Shown here in pieces: positions 7,172-15,553 of a stretch of DNA of 38,365 nt. The stretch is from the IMG/VR virus record IMGVR_UViG_2778261245_000001, positions 1 to 38,365 of that record; one strand, 5' to 3'. The translations under genes were made by a program, and so were the position numbers. Below the pieces are notes generated by a model. The model searched no databases, was not told the origin of the DNA, and saw only the letters and a list, made by a program, of their open reading frames with translations. Source of the stretch: a virus (Duplodnaviria; Heunggongvirae; Uroviricota; Caudoviricetes). Each line of letters begins with the position of its first letter. Position 1 is the first letter of the stretch.

Positions 7172-7969
7172 ATGAATAATCTGATGGTCATTGATGGTAT
7201 TGAAGTTCGTCGTGATGCTTATGGGCGTTACAGCCTGAACGATCTGCACAGGGCTGCCGGTTCTCTGGATAAGCATAAGCCTGCATTCTGGCTCCGCAAT
7301 GAGCAAACTGAACGTTTAATAAGCGAGTTGCAGATTTGCAACTCGGTCAATATAGAGCCAGTTAACGTTATTCGTGGCGGAAATAACCAGGGGACGTATG
7401 TCTGCAAAGAACTGGTGTATGCCTATGCAATGTGGATCAGCCCGTCATTCCATCTGAAGGTGATCCGTACTTTCGATATGGTAACCAGCGCACCGGAAAA
7501 ATTATCCGGACAGGCTGCTGACAAGATGCAGGCTGGTGTGATTCTGCTGGACTTTATGCGCCGGGAATTAAACCTGTCTAACTCTTCAGTGCTTGGTGCC
7601 TGTCAGAAACTCCAGGAGGCTGTTGGCTTACCGAATCTGGCACCGCGCTATGCCATTGATGCTCCTGCTGATGCACTCGATGGCTCAAGCCGCCCTACGC
7701 TATCATTGAGTGCACTGCTGAAGCAGTATGGTATCCGCCTTACGGCTAATCAGGCATATCACCAGATGGTGAAGCTGGGGATCGTCGAACAGCGCGAACG
7801 ATACAGCCGTACCGCGATTAACAACATCAAAAAATTCTGGTCGCTGACAGCGAAAGGCTGCATGTTCGGCAAGAACATCACCAGTCCCGCAAATCCGCGC
7901 GAGACGCAGCCGCACTTTTTCGAATCCCGATTCCCTGAGCTGTTAAAGCTGCTCGATACCGTTCATTGA
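7172..7969 (+). CDS. KilA-N/Bro-N-type DNA-binding domain protein (putative antirepressor-like)
   Basis: 265 aa; N-terminal region has the character of a KilA-N/Bro-N domain, recognised from memory only; common early-region phage gene. Confidence 0.45.
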   Translation: MNNLMVIDGIEVRRDAYGRYSLNDLHRAAGSLDKHKPAFWLRNEQTERLISELQICNSVNIEPVNVIRGGNNQGTYVCKELVYAYAMWISPSFHLKVIRTFDMVTSAPEKLSGQAADKMQAGVILLDFMRRELNLSNSSVLGACQKLQEAVGLPNLAPRYAIDAPADALDGSSRPTLSLSALLKQYGIRLTANQAYHQMVKLGIVEQRERYSRTAINNIKKFWSLTAKGCMFGKNITSPANPRETQPHFFESRFPELLKLLDTVH

Positions 7970-7976
7970 GGTTACC

Positions 7977-8965
7977 GTGAGAGCACTACTGACCCCTGAA
8001 ATTGCCCCGCGTATGGGGATCGTATTGTTCAGACCAGGTTCAGAGCTGATGCCCCTGTTTATGCAGGGGCGTGTCCTGCTGGAGCCTGAGCCGGAGCATT
8101 ATTCATCTTTCGCCAGTGGTGCCGTTCCCGCGGCATCACAACCGCTGGCGGATGATCCTGCCGTTCGGGCCGTGTTCCGTAATGAGGCAGTGATTCGTCG
8201 TGCTGGTGGGGTGGAATGTCTTGAAAGCTGGTTACTTCGTGAAAAAGGCTGCCAGTGGCCTCATTCCGACTGGCACAGCGAGAACATGACCACAATGCGA
8301 CACGCGCCGGGCGCAATCCGTCTGTGCTGGCACTGTGATAACCAGCTGCGCGATCAGTTCACGGAACGGCTGGAATCAATGGCAACGGATAACTGTGCCC
8401 GGTGGGTGTTATCTGTCGTGCGTCGGGATCTCGGTTTTAATGATAGTCACGTTGTGACAATGCCGGAACTGTGCTGGTGGCTGGTTCGTAATGACCTGGC
8501 GGATGCCTTACCGGAAAGTGCAGCCCGTAAGGCACTGAGATTACCGAAGCCTGTTGTGCCGTCTGTCACCCGGGAAAGTGACCTTGTGCCTTCGGTTCCT
8601 GCCCCAGCATCATCCAGGATAAAGCGAAAAAGGTGCTGGCGCTGAAAGTGGATCCGGAGTCGCCGGAGTCTTTTATGTTACGCCCCAAACGTCGCCGCTG
8701 GGTTAATGAAAAGTACACGCGCTGGGTTAAGACGCAGCCGTGCGCATGTTGTGGAAAGCCTGCTGATGATGCCCACCACCTGATAGGTCACGGTCAGGGT
8801 GGAATGGGTACAAAAGCGCATGACCTTTTTGTGTTGCCTTTGTGCAGAAAGCATCACGACGAGCTGCATGCGGATACCGTGGTATTTGAAGAGAAGTATG
8901 GCTCCCAGTTGGAGCTGATATTTCGTTTTATTGATCGTGCGCTGGCAATTGGCGTGCTGGCCTGA
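7977..8965 (+). pseudogene. DUF968/YdfU-like gene split by a frameshift into two ORFs (7977-8645 and 8633-8965)
   Basis: Two adjacent ORFs in different frames (222 + 110 aa) whose sum matches a roughly 330-aa DUF968 protein; the second carries a Cys/His zinc-binding-like motif CACCGKPADDAHH...PLCRKHHDELH; junction lies at an A5 run near 8604-8608. Confidence 0.5.
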
Positions 8966-8979
8966 TTTGGTGGAGAAAG

Positions 8980-9330
8980 TTGATGCGTGATATGTATGAA
9001 GTATTGGACCGCTGGGGAGCATGGGCTGCAGCAGAAAATAGTGGTGTGGACTGGCAGCCGATAGCGGCTGGTTTCAAGGGACTTTTACCACACGGTAAAA
9101 AGTCACGTCTCCAGTGTGATGATGATGAAGGCATCATGATAGATAGTTGTGTGGCTAGGTTGCGTAAATATAAGCCGGAAGAGTATGAGCTGATAATTGC
9201 TCACTTTGTTATCGGTATCTCATTACGCACTATTGCGAAGAAGAGAAAATGCTCTGATGGGACTATAAGAAAAAAGTTGCAAGCTGCATTGGGATTTATT
9301 GATGCAGTTATATATATAATACATGGGTAA
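8980..9330 (+). CDS. Late-gene antiterminator Q
   Basis: 116 aa; LDRWGAWAAAENSGVDWQPIAAGFKGL...KSRLQCDDDEGIMIDSCVARL matches the Q-family pattern of lambdoid prophages. Confidence 0.8.
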   Translation: MMRDMYEVLDRWGAWAAAENSGVDWQPIAAGFKGLLPHGKKSRLQCDDDEGIMIDSCVARLRKYKPEEYELIIAHFVIGISLRTIAKKRKCSDGTIRKKLQAALGFIDAVIYIIHG

Positions 9331-9337
9331 TTTATTA

Positions 9338-9356
9338 GACGGCCATATTGGCCGTC
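9338..9356. terminator. Bidirectional hairpin terminator between Q and the convergent cassette
   Basis: Perfect hairpin GACGGCCA-TAT-TGGCCGTC with AT-rich flanks on both sides; overlaps the stop codon of the 9355-10542 gene. Confidence 0.55.
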
Positions 9357-10542
9357 AGCTAAATAAATATGTAATAGCATAAGGCGTAAGTAAAAAGTAG
9401 AATCTAAATGTAAGATATAAGCCACATAAAACTATAATTCCTAATGAGGCAAAAACAACTTTCTGAACAAGCAATCTTGTGGTTAAACTATCAAATGTAT
9501 CCTTTATATCTTCGTAAATAGCCTTGAAGTTATATTCTGCTTGTTGTTTTTTATGATTTAACTCATCATTTATTGCTGTTAAAGTTTGCCATTGATTAAA
9601 TAGAACAAATAGAATCATAATAGTGAAGAACAATGCACCCAACACTACAGCTGTGTTTATTAATGCTTGACTATCCCAACCATTAGCCTGCTTCATTTGA
9701 GTCGCAACGATAATTGTTGCGACGGGGATACCTAATATCTGATTTTGTATGTCACTGAATACTTTATGTATTTTCCCCATCTCTTCTATTTTGGCTACTC
9801 GTAACTGATCCAGTATTTTCTCGTAAGAAAAACCAGAAACGAATACTTTGTATCCTTTTTGATAACTTTCATAAAGTTGTCCTAAATCCCTTAACATGAA
9901 GGAAAAAGAGGTTTCTTTAGTTTTAGATTCACATGATGATTTTATACTACTTGCTAAAATAGTAAGTTTTTGATCTTTATGCGTATCTTCTGCAAAGTTT
10001 GCGATCAAATTATGAATCAGATCTCCATTAACATTCATAAGATCATCGCTAGAATAATTTACTGGAATTTTTAGTACGTTGGATTCGACGAATACCAATT
10101 CAAAATTTGTTTCATCTAAATAAGCAGAACAATCTTTGAATAAAGTAATTAAGCTCAAAACATCTCTGTACTTGGATATAATAGCAGGCGACTTTTTATC
10201 CCTGTTGTGATAATTAAGTTCGATTATAAAGAAGTTACTGGCTTCCTTTATCCTATTTTTAGGATTTTTTAAATACTCATTAAAAGAGAAATGTAGCTGC
10301 CCCAATCGTAATTTGGGGGGGGTTATATGTAAGGTTATAGTTTGGCCTAACTCAATGTTGCCAGATTCAAGGGTGATGCCAAAATCATGGGGATTCTCTG
10401 TGATATCGTTGATGATGTCACAGAGCTCCTCGTTTGAAAGAATGAGTGATGCTTCAGATAGGGTACCTGCAAATGTAGCGGCCTTGTAAATAGTCACTAA
10501 GTCTTTGAAGGTTCTCTGATTGTTACTGCTCATCCTCTTCAC
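9355..10542 (-). CDS. Hypothetical protein with large N-terminal soluble domain and C-terminal two-helix transmembrane hairpin (cassette gene B)
   Basis: 395 aa, AT-rich codon usage; hydrophobic segments ALINTAVVLGALFFTIMILFVLF and VVFASLGIIVLCGLYLTFRFYFLL near the C-terminus; start overlaps upstream gene stop (GAGGATGAG); ATG at 10533 is an alternative start. Confidence 0.6.
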   Translation of the reverse strand: MKRMSSNNQRTFKDLVTIYKAATFAGTLSEASLILSNEELCDIINDITENPHDFGITLESGNIELGQTITLHITPPKLRLGQLHFSFNEYLKNPKNRIKEASNFFIIELNYHNRDKKSPAIISKYRDVLSLITLFKDCSAYLDETNFELVFVESNVLKIPVNYSSDDLMNVNGDLIHNLIANFAEDTHKDQKLTILASSIKSSCESKTKETSFSFMLRDLGQLYESYQKGYKVFVSGFSYEKILDQLRVAKIEEMGKIHKVFSDIQNQILGIPVATIIVATQMKQANGWDSQALINTAVVLGALFFTIMILFVLFNQWQTLTAINDELNHKKQQAEYNFKAIYEDIKDTFDSLTTRLLVQKVVFASLGIIVLCGLYLTFRFYFLLTPYAITYLFS

Positions 10543-11557
10543 CTAATTCTGATAAAATCTCTGATCTTAGCGTATCCGGAATCTCGGTAAGTATCAATTT
10601 ATCGTTTTCTGAATCATAAAGAACGCTGCCATCATGCAAGGCCGCACGCTCGAATTTCAGAGACCAATGTTTGGACTTTCCTTTGAAACTAACAAGCCCA
10701 CGTATAACGTTGCCATCAGGCACGAACCCATCAGAGAACTCCAGATCGTCATTGGTTAACTTTTCAACTAACAACTCAGGAGCAGTTGGCCATATCTCGT
10801 TTGCAAAAATTTGAGTGTCGAAAGTTTCACCAGAACGATTTAAATTTTTTAATTTTTCATGAGCCTTATTTAGGAACTCTTCACGTGCCTCTGGTTCAAA
10901 ACCTCTTTCAGTAGCAAATTCTAAAAGTGCATTCCGTAATTTTGTTGTTTCTTGTTTGGCAATTAGAATATCGTTGCAACCTAAAAACTTTTTGAAATAA
11001 CCTGCTACTGAATTTTGCCCCTTTAGAAAGCTAATATATCTCTCTTTGCCATTCTGGCGCCCAGTTAAGTCAATTCGTCCCGCTACTCGAAGTTTAGCAA
11101 TGTCTAGATATTCACTTTCTTGAATTTCAAAATCGTGGACTGAAGAGCCAACTGCTGATGTTAGGATTGCAACCATCAAATAATGATTTCCATTTACCTC
11201 ATTATGGGCAATTATTACATAACCACCAGTAGACATTGATTCATCATCGGCTCTGGCTTTTAAATGATTGATCATTCGGATACTAGTATCATAAAAACTA
11301 TGTGTTTTATTTACGAAATAATCATCAACGATATTACCCATAGGGTAACTATCGCGGTCATCTTCAAATTTCCCATATCCTTTACCTGCTCTCCCAGAGT
11401 ACCTTTCAGTAAGTGCGTTAGAGAGGTCTTTTGATGCTTGCTGAACAGGTTTTTCTGAAGGACAAGGAATAATGGTGGCTAACCCCTGTTGTTCCTTGTT
11501 CATAATGTGAACAATAAACTTATGAGTGATATTAGTGGGGGTCGCTGATGCAGTCAT
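10523..11557 (-). CDS. YejK/NdpA-family nucleoid-associated protein homolog (cassette gene A)
   Basis: 344 aa; similarity to E. coli YejK along the whole length as recalled: N-terminal ITHKFIVHIMNKEQQ (YejK INQIALHQLIKRDEQ), central YLDIAKLRVAGRIDLT...RYISFLKG...FLG (YejK YLDINHADIVARIDLT...RYLTFLKG...FLG), C-terminal KLILTEIPDTLRSEI (YejK TLTIKGTPPNLRDQL); AAGGA RBS upstream. Confidence 0.65.
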   Translation of the reverse strand: MTASATPTNITHKFIVHIMNKEQQGLATIIPCPSEKPVQQASKDLSNALTERYSGRAGKGYGKFEDDRDSYPMGNIVDDYFVNKTHSFYDTSIRMINHLKARADDESMSTGGYVIIAHNEVNGNHYLMVAILTSAVGSSVHDFEIQESEYLDIAKLRVAGRIDLTGRQNGKERYISFLKGQNSVAGYFKKFLGCNDILIAKQETTKLRNALLEFATERGFEPEAREEFLNKAHEKLKNLNRSGETFDTQIFANEIWPTAPELLVEKLTNDDLEFSDGFVPDGNVIRGLVSFKGKSKHWSLKFERAALHDGSVLYDSENDKLILTEIPDTLRSEILSELGEEDEQ

Positions 11558-11592
11558 AACAACATCCTTTTAATGGTTTTGAACAATTGGTG

Positions 11593-11620
11593 TTGATAAT
11601 ACTTCAAAAAATACTAATGC
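11593..11620 (+). promoter_or_regulatory. Putative late promoter (PR-prime-like) upstream of tR-prime
   Basis: TTGATA (about 11593-11598) with an AT-rich -10 candidate (TACTAA/TAATGC) 14-16 nt downstream; position about 60 nt upstream of a terminator and 230 nt upstream of the holin. Confidence 0.3.
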
Positions 11621-11673
11621 GTACGCAAAAAATACAGTACTCTGTTAAGAGTGGTTACTTCGCCACACAGCTT

Positions 11674-11700
11674 AAACCCGCCGTCGAGCGGGTTTTGTCG
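11674..11700 (+). terminator. Rho-independent terminator upstream of the lysis cassette (candidate tR-prime, the Q target)
   Basis: Stem AAACCCGC / GCGGGTTT with loop CGTCGA followed by TTGTCGTTTCT. Confidence 0.6.
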
Positions 11701-11847
11701 TTTCTGGGCTTTGGTATTCGTTGGGCTTGGTCTATCTAGCTCTTATCCATTGGCTCGGCTTCTTTTACGTTTCCGCTTCTGATTTGCGGTTCGTGGTACT
11801 CCCTCAATTTGCACCTCTTGTATCGGCGAGGTGAGAGATAACTACAA

Positions 11848-12174
11848 ATGCCTCATAACCCAAATACTTGGCTGGAGTTGGTCCAGAGCTGGTGGCGTGG
11901 AGACACACCGCTGGGCGCAGTGATTATGTCGATTGTTATGGCTGGTTTGCGCATTGCCTATTTTGGCGGTGGTGGTGGCTGGAAGCGAAAAACACTCGAA
12001 ATTCTACTCTGTGGCGCTCTGACGCTGACTTTTGCATCCGCTCTTGAGTATGTCGGATGGCCTAAATCGCTTTCTGTTGCCATTGGTGGTGGGGTGGGGC
12101 TGATCGGTGTCGATGCTATTCGTGGGGCTGCAATGAGAGTAATCGGTAATAAGTTTGGTGGCTCTAAGGAGTAA
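11848..12174 (+). CDS. S: Holin (lambda S-like class I)
   Basis: 108 aa; multiple hydrophobic segments and charged C-terminus; pattern parallels lambda S; immediately precedes endolysin. Confidence 0.8.
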   Translation: MPHNPNTWLELVQSWWRGDTPLGAVIMSIVMAGLRIAYFGGGGGWKRKTLEILLCGALTLTFASALEYVGWPKSLSVAIGGGVGLIGVDAIRGAAMRVIGNKFGGSKE

Positions 12175-12177
12175 TTT

Positions 12178-12654
12178 ATGCAGGTACTAAATTCCCAGCG
12201 TAAAGCTTTCCTCGATATGGTGGCATGGTCAGAAGGAACGGATAACGGGCGACAACCGACACGTAACCACGGTTATGATGTTATTGTTGGTGGTGAACTG
12301 TTCACTGATTACTCCGATCACCCTCGCAAACTTGTCACGCTAAACCCAAAACTCAAATCAACAGCCGCCGGACGTTACCAGCTTCTTTCCCGTTGGTGGG
12401 ATGCCTACCGTAAGCAGCTTGGCCTGAAAGACTTCTCTCCAAAAAGCCAGGACGCTGTGGCATTGCAGCAGATTAAGGAGCGTGGCGCTTTACCGATGAT
12501 TGATCGCGGTGATATTCGTCAGGCTATCGACCGTTGCAGCAATATCTGGGCTTCACTGCCGGGCGCTGGTTATGGCCAGTTCGAGCATAAGGCTGACAGC
12601 CTGATTGCAAAATTCAAAGAGGCTGGCGGAACGGTCAGAGAGATTGAGGTATGA
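12178..12654 (+). CDS. R: Endolysin, lytic transglycosylase (near-identical to lambda R as recalled)
   Basis: 158 aa; [148 protein letters not shown] matches lambda R almost residue for residue. Confidence 0.95.
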   Translation: MQVLNSQRKAFLDMVAWSEGTDNGRQPTRNHGYDVIVGGELFTDYSDHPRKLVTLNPKLKSTAAGRYQLLSRWWDAYRKQLGLKDFSPKSQDAVALQQIKERGALPMIDRGDIRQAIDRCSNIWASLPGAGYGQFEHKADSLIAKFKEAGGTVREIEV

Positions 12655-13088
12655 GCAGAGTCACCGCGATTATCTCCGCTCTGATTATCTGCATCATCGT
12701 CTGCCTGTCATGGGCTGTTAATCATTACCGTGATAACGCCATCGCCTACAAAGAGCAGCGCGATAAAGCCACATCCATCATCGCTGACATGCAGAAGCGT
12801 CAACGTGATGTAGCAGAACTCGACGCCAGATATACAAAGGAGCTTGCTGATGCTAACGCGACTATCGAAAGTCTCCGTGCTGATGTTTCTGCTGGGCGTA
12901 AGCGCCTGCAAGTCGCCGCCACCTGTGCAAAGTCAACGACCGGAGCCAGCAGCATGGGCGATGGAGAAAGCCCAGGACTTACAGCAGATGCTGAACTCAA
13001 TTATTACCGTCTCCGAAGTGGAATCGACAGGATAACCGCGCAGGTTAACTACCTGCAGGAATACATCAGGACGCAATGCCTTCGATGA
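12651..13088 (+). CDS. Rz: Inner-membrane spanin Rz
   Basis: 145 aa; N-terminus [31 protein letters not shown] matches lambda Rz; coiled-coil body. Confidence 0.9.
   Translation: MSRVTAIISALIICIIVCLSWAVNHYRDNAIAYKEQRDKATSIIADMQKRQRDVAELDARYTKELADANATIESLRADVSAGRKRLQVAATCAKSTTGASSMGDGESPGLTADAELNYYRLRSGIDRITAQVNYLQEYIRTQCLR
12844..13035 (+). CDS. Rz1: Outer-membrane lipoprotein spanin Rz1, embedded in the +1 frame of Rz
   Basis: 63 aa; signal peptide with lipobox-like LGVSAC followed by proline-rich segment, fully nested in Rz as in lambda. Confidence 0.8.
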   Translation: MLMLTRLSKVSVLMFLLGVSACKSPPPVQSQRPEPAAWAMEKAQDLQQMLNSIITVSEVESTG

Positions 13089-13338
13089 TAGCGATAATTT
13101 TACTCATCATCCTTCACATCTGGCTCTGTAGACAGGGTGGTGCTTACTTCTGGAGCGAATCCAGATTAAACATCTCATTGCTGATGCTTGATATTGAGCA
13201 TCTGGCGCGCGGTAAGGGCTGTGTTGAGATAAGTGCCAGTTCATTACAAAGCTATATCTAATGGAACCTGAAATAATTTGTCATTGTCATGACAAGAAAA
13301 TTCATTAATGATGAGCTCTCATTATACGGGAGGTAGAT

Positions 13339-13587
13339 ATGGCATTTCGTTATTTTGAACTTACCGAAAATATTCCTTTTGAGGATGCAAGAGAGCTTCA
13401 CGTACAGTTCAAACACCACTTAGAATATGTTGTAAAGGCATTATTTATGTTAGGAACACATGAAAAGCATTTAATTGTTGAAGGCCGGGATGACGAATCG
13501 ATAACACAGATATTTGGTGGGCATGATGAAAAGTTTATGCATCTTTATCATATCGATGAATATGAAAAACGTGAAGACTTAATCTAA
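13339..13587 (+). CDS. Hypothetical small protein, 82 aa
   Basis: ORF with GGAGG-like RBS (gggaggtagatATG); preceded by a perfect 12-bp palindrome TTGTCATGACAA at about 13284-13295. Confidence 0.4.
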   Translation: MAFRYFELTENIPFEDARELHVQFKHHLEYVVKALFMLGTHEKHLIVEGRDDESITQIFGGHDEKFMHLYHIDEYEKREDLI

Positions 13588-13702
13588 CCTCCTACGACTG
13601 TTTTTATTGCCATCATAAAAGCCATTCCTTGCAGAGTGGCTTTGATAATGGATATCCCAACAAGCGGATAAGACAATAAATATACCCACCAGGGGATAAA
13701 CA

Positions 13703-13948
13703 ATGTCTAAAATCACGGTTACACCTGCATAGCAGATCCGCTTAAACCTGCTGGCGAAACTGAACTATGACACCGCCGCTGCAGCAGACGCGATTAAGTT
13801 TGTTGGTGACGATCCGTTGAAGTATCAAATCTTTGTGAACCAGTTAAGCTGGGTAATATCTGAAAGCGGGCTGGTAGCCAGAACGACGAAAGCTATCAAA
13901 GAGTCGGAAGACACACTACTGTGGTTTGAAGCTGAATCTGGTTCATAA
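13703..13948 (+). pseudogene. 81-codon reading frame with good RBS interrupted by an in-frame TAG at codon 10 (13730-13732)
   Basis: AGGGGA RBS 7 nt upstream of ATG 13703; frame reads MSKITVTPA-TAG-QIRLNLLAKLNYDTAAAADAIKFVGDDPLKYQIFVNQLSWVISESGLVARTTKAIKESEDTLLWFEAESGS, stopping at TAA 13946-13948 directly before the next gene. Confidence 0.4.
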
Positions 13949-13996
13949 GTGAATGAATGTGGTAATTTAATCCTCCGCAAAAAAAAGGGGATAAAA

Positions 13997-14218
13997 ATGC
14001 TAAAGAATGTCATAGCTATTTTACCGGGTGACGCGTTTGATCATGTTGTTGTCCAGGACGACCTGGAGATTGTTACCTTCAGGGGTGACAAGGGCGGCGT
14101 GCTTACTATGCCTATCGAGGAGTACGAACTAGACGGGATAAGTTATAACGTCGCACGTTGTGACGGTATGGTCACTGACGAAAAAGTTGAGAAGGCTATC
14201 AGACACTTCACCAAGTAA
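13997..14218 (+). CDS. Hypothetical small protein, 73 aa
   Basis: ATG with AAAGGGGA RBS; ORF track lists a GTG-extended version from 13949; followed by a strong terminator. Confidence 0.45.
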   Translation: MLKNVIAILPGDAFDHVVVQDDLEIVTFRGDKGGVLTMPIEEYELDGISYNVARCDGMVTDEKVEKAIRHFTK

Positions 14219-14235
14219 TAATCAGCTTCCGAACC

Positions 14236-14260
14236 AAGCCTCGCAATAGCGAGGCTTTTT
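14236..14260 (+). terminator. Rho-independent terminator
   Basis: AAGCCTCGC-AATA-GCGAGGCTT followed by TTT. Confidence 0.75.
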
Positions 14261-14272
14261 AACGACAGAGGT

Positions 14273-14467
14273 ATGACAGTGGTTCTTACAGCTAAGCAGT
14301 TTGAAGACCTTGCATCCTTCGCGAAGGAAGATAGCCAGCCTCAATACACCATCGCAACCGGAATAATCCCAGAATTCGAAGATGATTGTGAGTTTATCCC
14401 CGTTTATGCCGGGCTCATCGCTTATTTAGAGTTACTGAATCACGGTGTATTGCAACTCGACCACTAG
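14273..14467 (+). CDS. Hypothetical small acidic protein, 64 aa
   Basis: ORF between two terminator-bounded units; no family recognised. Confidence 0.35.
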   Translation: MTVVLTAKQFEDLASFAKEDSQPQYTIATGIIPEFEDDCEFIPVYAGLIAYLELLNHGVLQLDH

Positions 14468-14541
14468 CGACATTACGCCAAGTATTCATCAAGTGCCTAG
14501 TTTAATGTTAAATTATTCCCTCATTCATAAAAGGGAATGTT

Positions 14542-14943
14542 ATGAAAATAGATCACGAGTATTTGAAAGGTCTTTTGGAAGCTTTCGAGGCGTCTGAAGA
14601 GCCGCATACTGATATAAAGCAGCTGCAGCTGGCTGGGTATGACTACAGCACCGATGAATTTTTATTCCATATGCGTTTATTGGCTGATCGTCAACTAATT
14701 GCTAGAACAGACGGCAAGTATGGGTTTGGTTTCTCTGAGGCTGCTGATGGAGGATCATGGTTCGTTATACCGTTACGATTAACTTCAAGCGGTCATGACT
14801 TCCTTGAAGCTCTCAGGAATAAAGAGGTTTGGAATTCTCTCAAGACCGGCTTTAAAGATGCAAGCATTGGAACATTAGTTGACGTTTCAAGGCGTTTGCT
14901 GGATGGTTATATTCAGAAAAAAATTGACGACTTAATTGGCTAA
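14542..14943 (+). CDS. DUF2513-like prophage protein (winged-helix-like), 133 aa
   Basis: N-terminus MKIDHEYLKGLLEAFEASEE resembles the DUF2513 family as recalled; own terminator downstream. Confidence 0.45.
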   Translation: MKIDHEYLKGLLEAFEASEEPHTDIKQLQLAGYDYSTDEFLFHMRLLADRQLIARTDGKYGFGFSEAADGGSWFVIPLRLTSSGHDFLEALRNKEVWNSLKTGFKDASIGTLVDVSRRLLDGYIQKKIDDLIG

Positions 14944-14960
14944 TATTTTATATAACCATC

Positions 14961-14986
14961 AGCCCCGCAATCGCGGGGCTTTTTTA
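14961..14986 (+). terminator. Rho-independent terminator
   Basis: AGCCCCGC-AATC-GCGGGGCT followed by TTTTT; stem-loop design almost the same as the terminator at 14236-14260. Confidence 0.75.
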
Positions 14987-15077
14987 TTGCCATTATGATG
15001 GCAGATATATTGCTATGGCGTAACAGGATTTCAACTATGAACCCAACAGAAGCAGCTACATCACCGAAGGACGGATA

Positions 15078-15428
15078 ATGCCACCACGCACACCAAAAGC
15101 CTGCCGTGTTCGCGGGTGCCGCCATACCACCACTGACCCGTCAGGTTATTGCGAAAGCCACAAAAGCGAAGGCTGGAAGCAATACAAGCCAGGACAATCC
15201 CGTCATCAGCGCGGCTACGGTTCGAAGTGGGATGTTATCCGCGCGCGTGTGCTGAAGCGTGACAAAGGTTTATGTCAGTTATGTCTGCGTGCCGGTGTGG
15301 TGCGTGAGGCGAAAACCGTTGACCACATCATCCCTAAAGCGCATGGCGGCACTGATGCCGACAGCAATCTGCAGAGCCTGTGCTGGCCGTGTCATAAGGC
15401 GAAGACGGCCCGTGAACGGTTGAAGTAA
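15078..15428 (+). CDS. HNH endonuclease (packaging-associated, HK97 gp74-like position)
   Basis: 116 aa; Cys-rich N-terminus and C..C...DHIIP...H.....NLQSLCWPCH HNH motif; sits directly upstream of terminase small subunit. Confidence 0.85.
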   Translation: MPPRTPKACRVRGCRHTTTDPSGYCESHKSEGWKQYKPGQSRHQRGYGSKWDVIRARVLKRDKGLCQLCLRAGVVREAKTVDHIIPKAHGGTDADSNLQSLCWPCHKAKTARERLK

Positions 15429-15454
15429 GAACCAGTTCCCACTGCCAGAGGGGA

Positions 15455-15514
15455 GGGGCGGGTCAAATCTCTGTGACCTGACGTCTTCCGGACTGCCCGC
15501 CCCATCGTTTTTTT
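15455..15514. other. Candidate cos/packaging-site region between HNH and terminase genes
   Basis: G-rich inverted repeat GGGGCGGG (15455-15462) / CCCGCCCC (15496-15503) with 33-nt spacer followed by T7; inference from HK97-like gene order. Confidence 0.3.
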
Positions 15515-15553
15515 ATACCCGCGAAAAATGAAATTTAAACAGGAGTGCCGCAT

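Noticed and set aside
13076-13261. 61-aa ORF overlapping the end of Rz
   Set aside because: Starts inside Rz without an RBS and has no recognisable features; kept only as a remote possibility.
13825-14013. 62-aa minus-strand ORF
   Set aside because: Antisense to the amber-interrupted frame and to the start of the next plus-strand gene; the plus-strand frames have clear RBSs.
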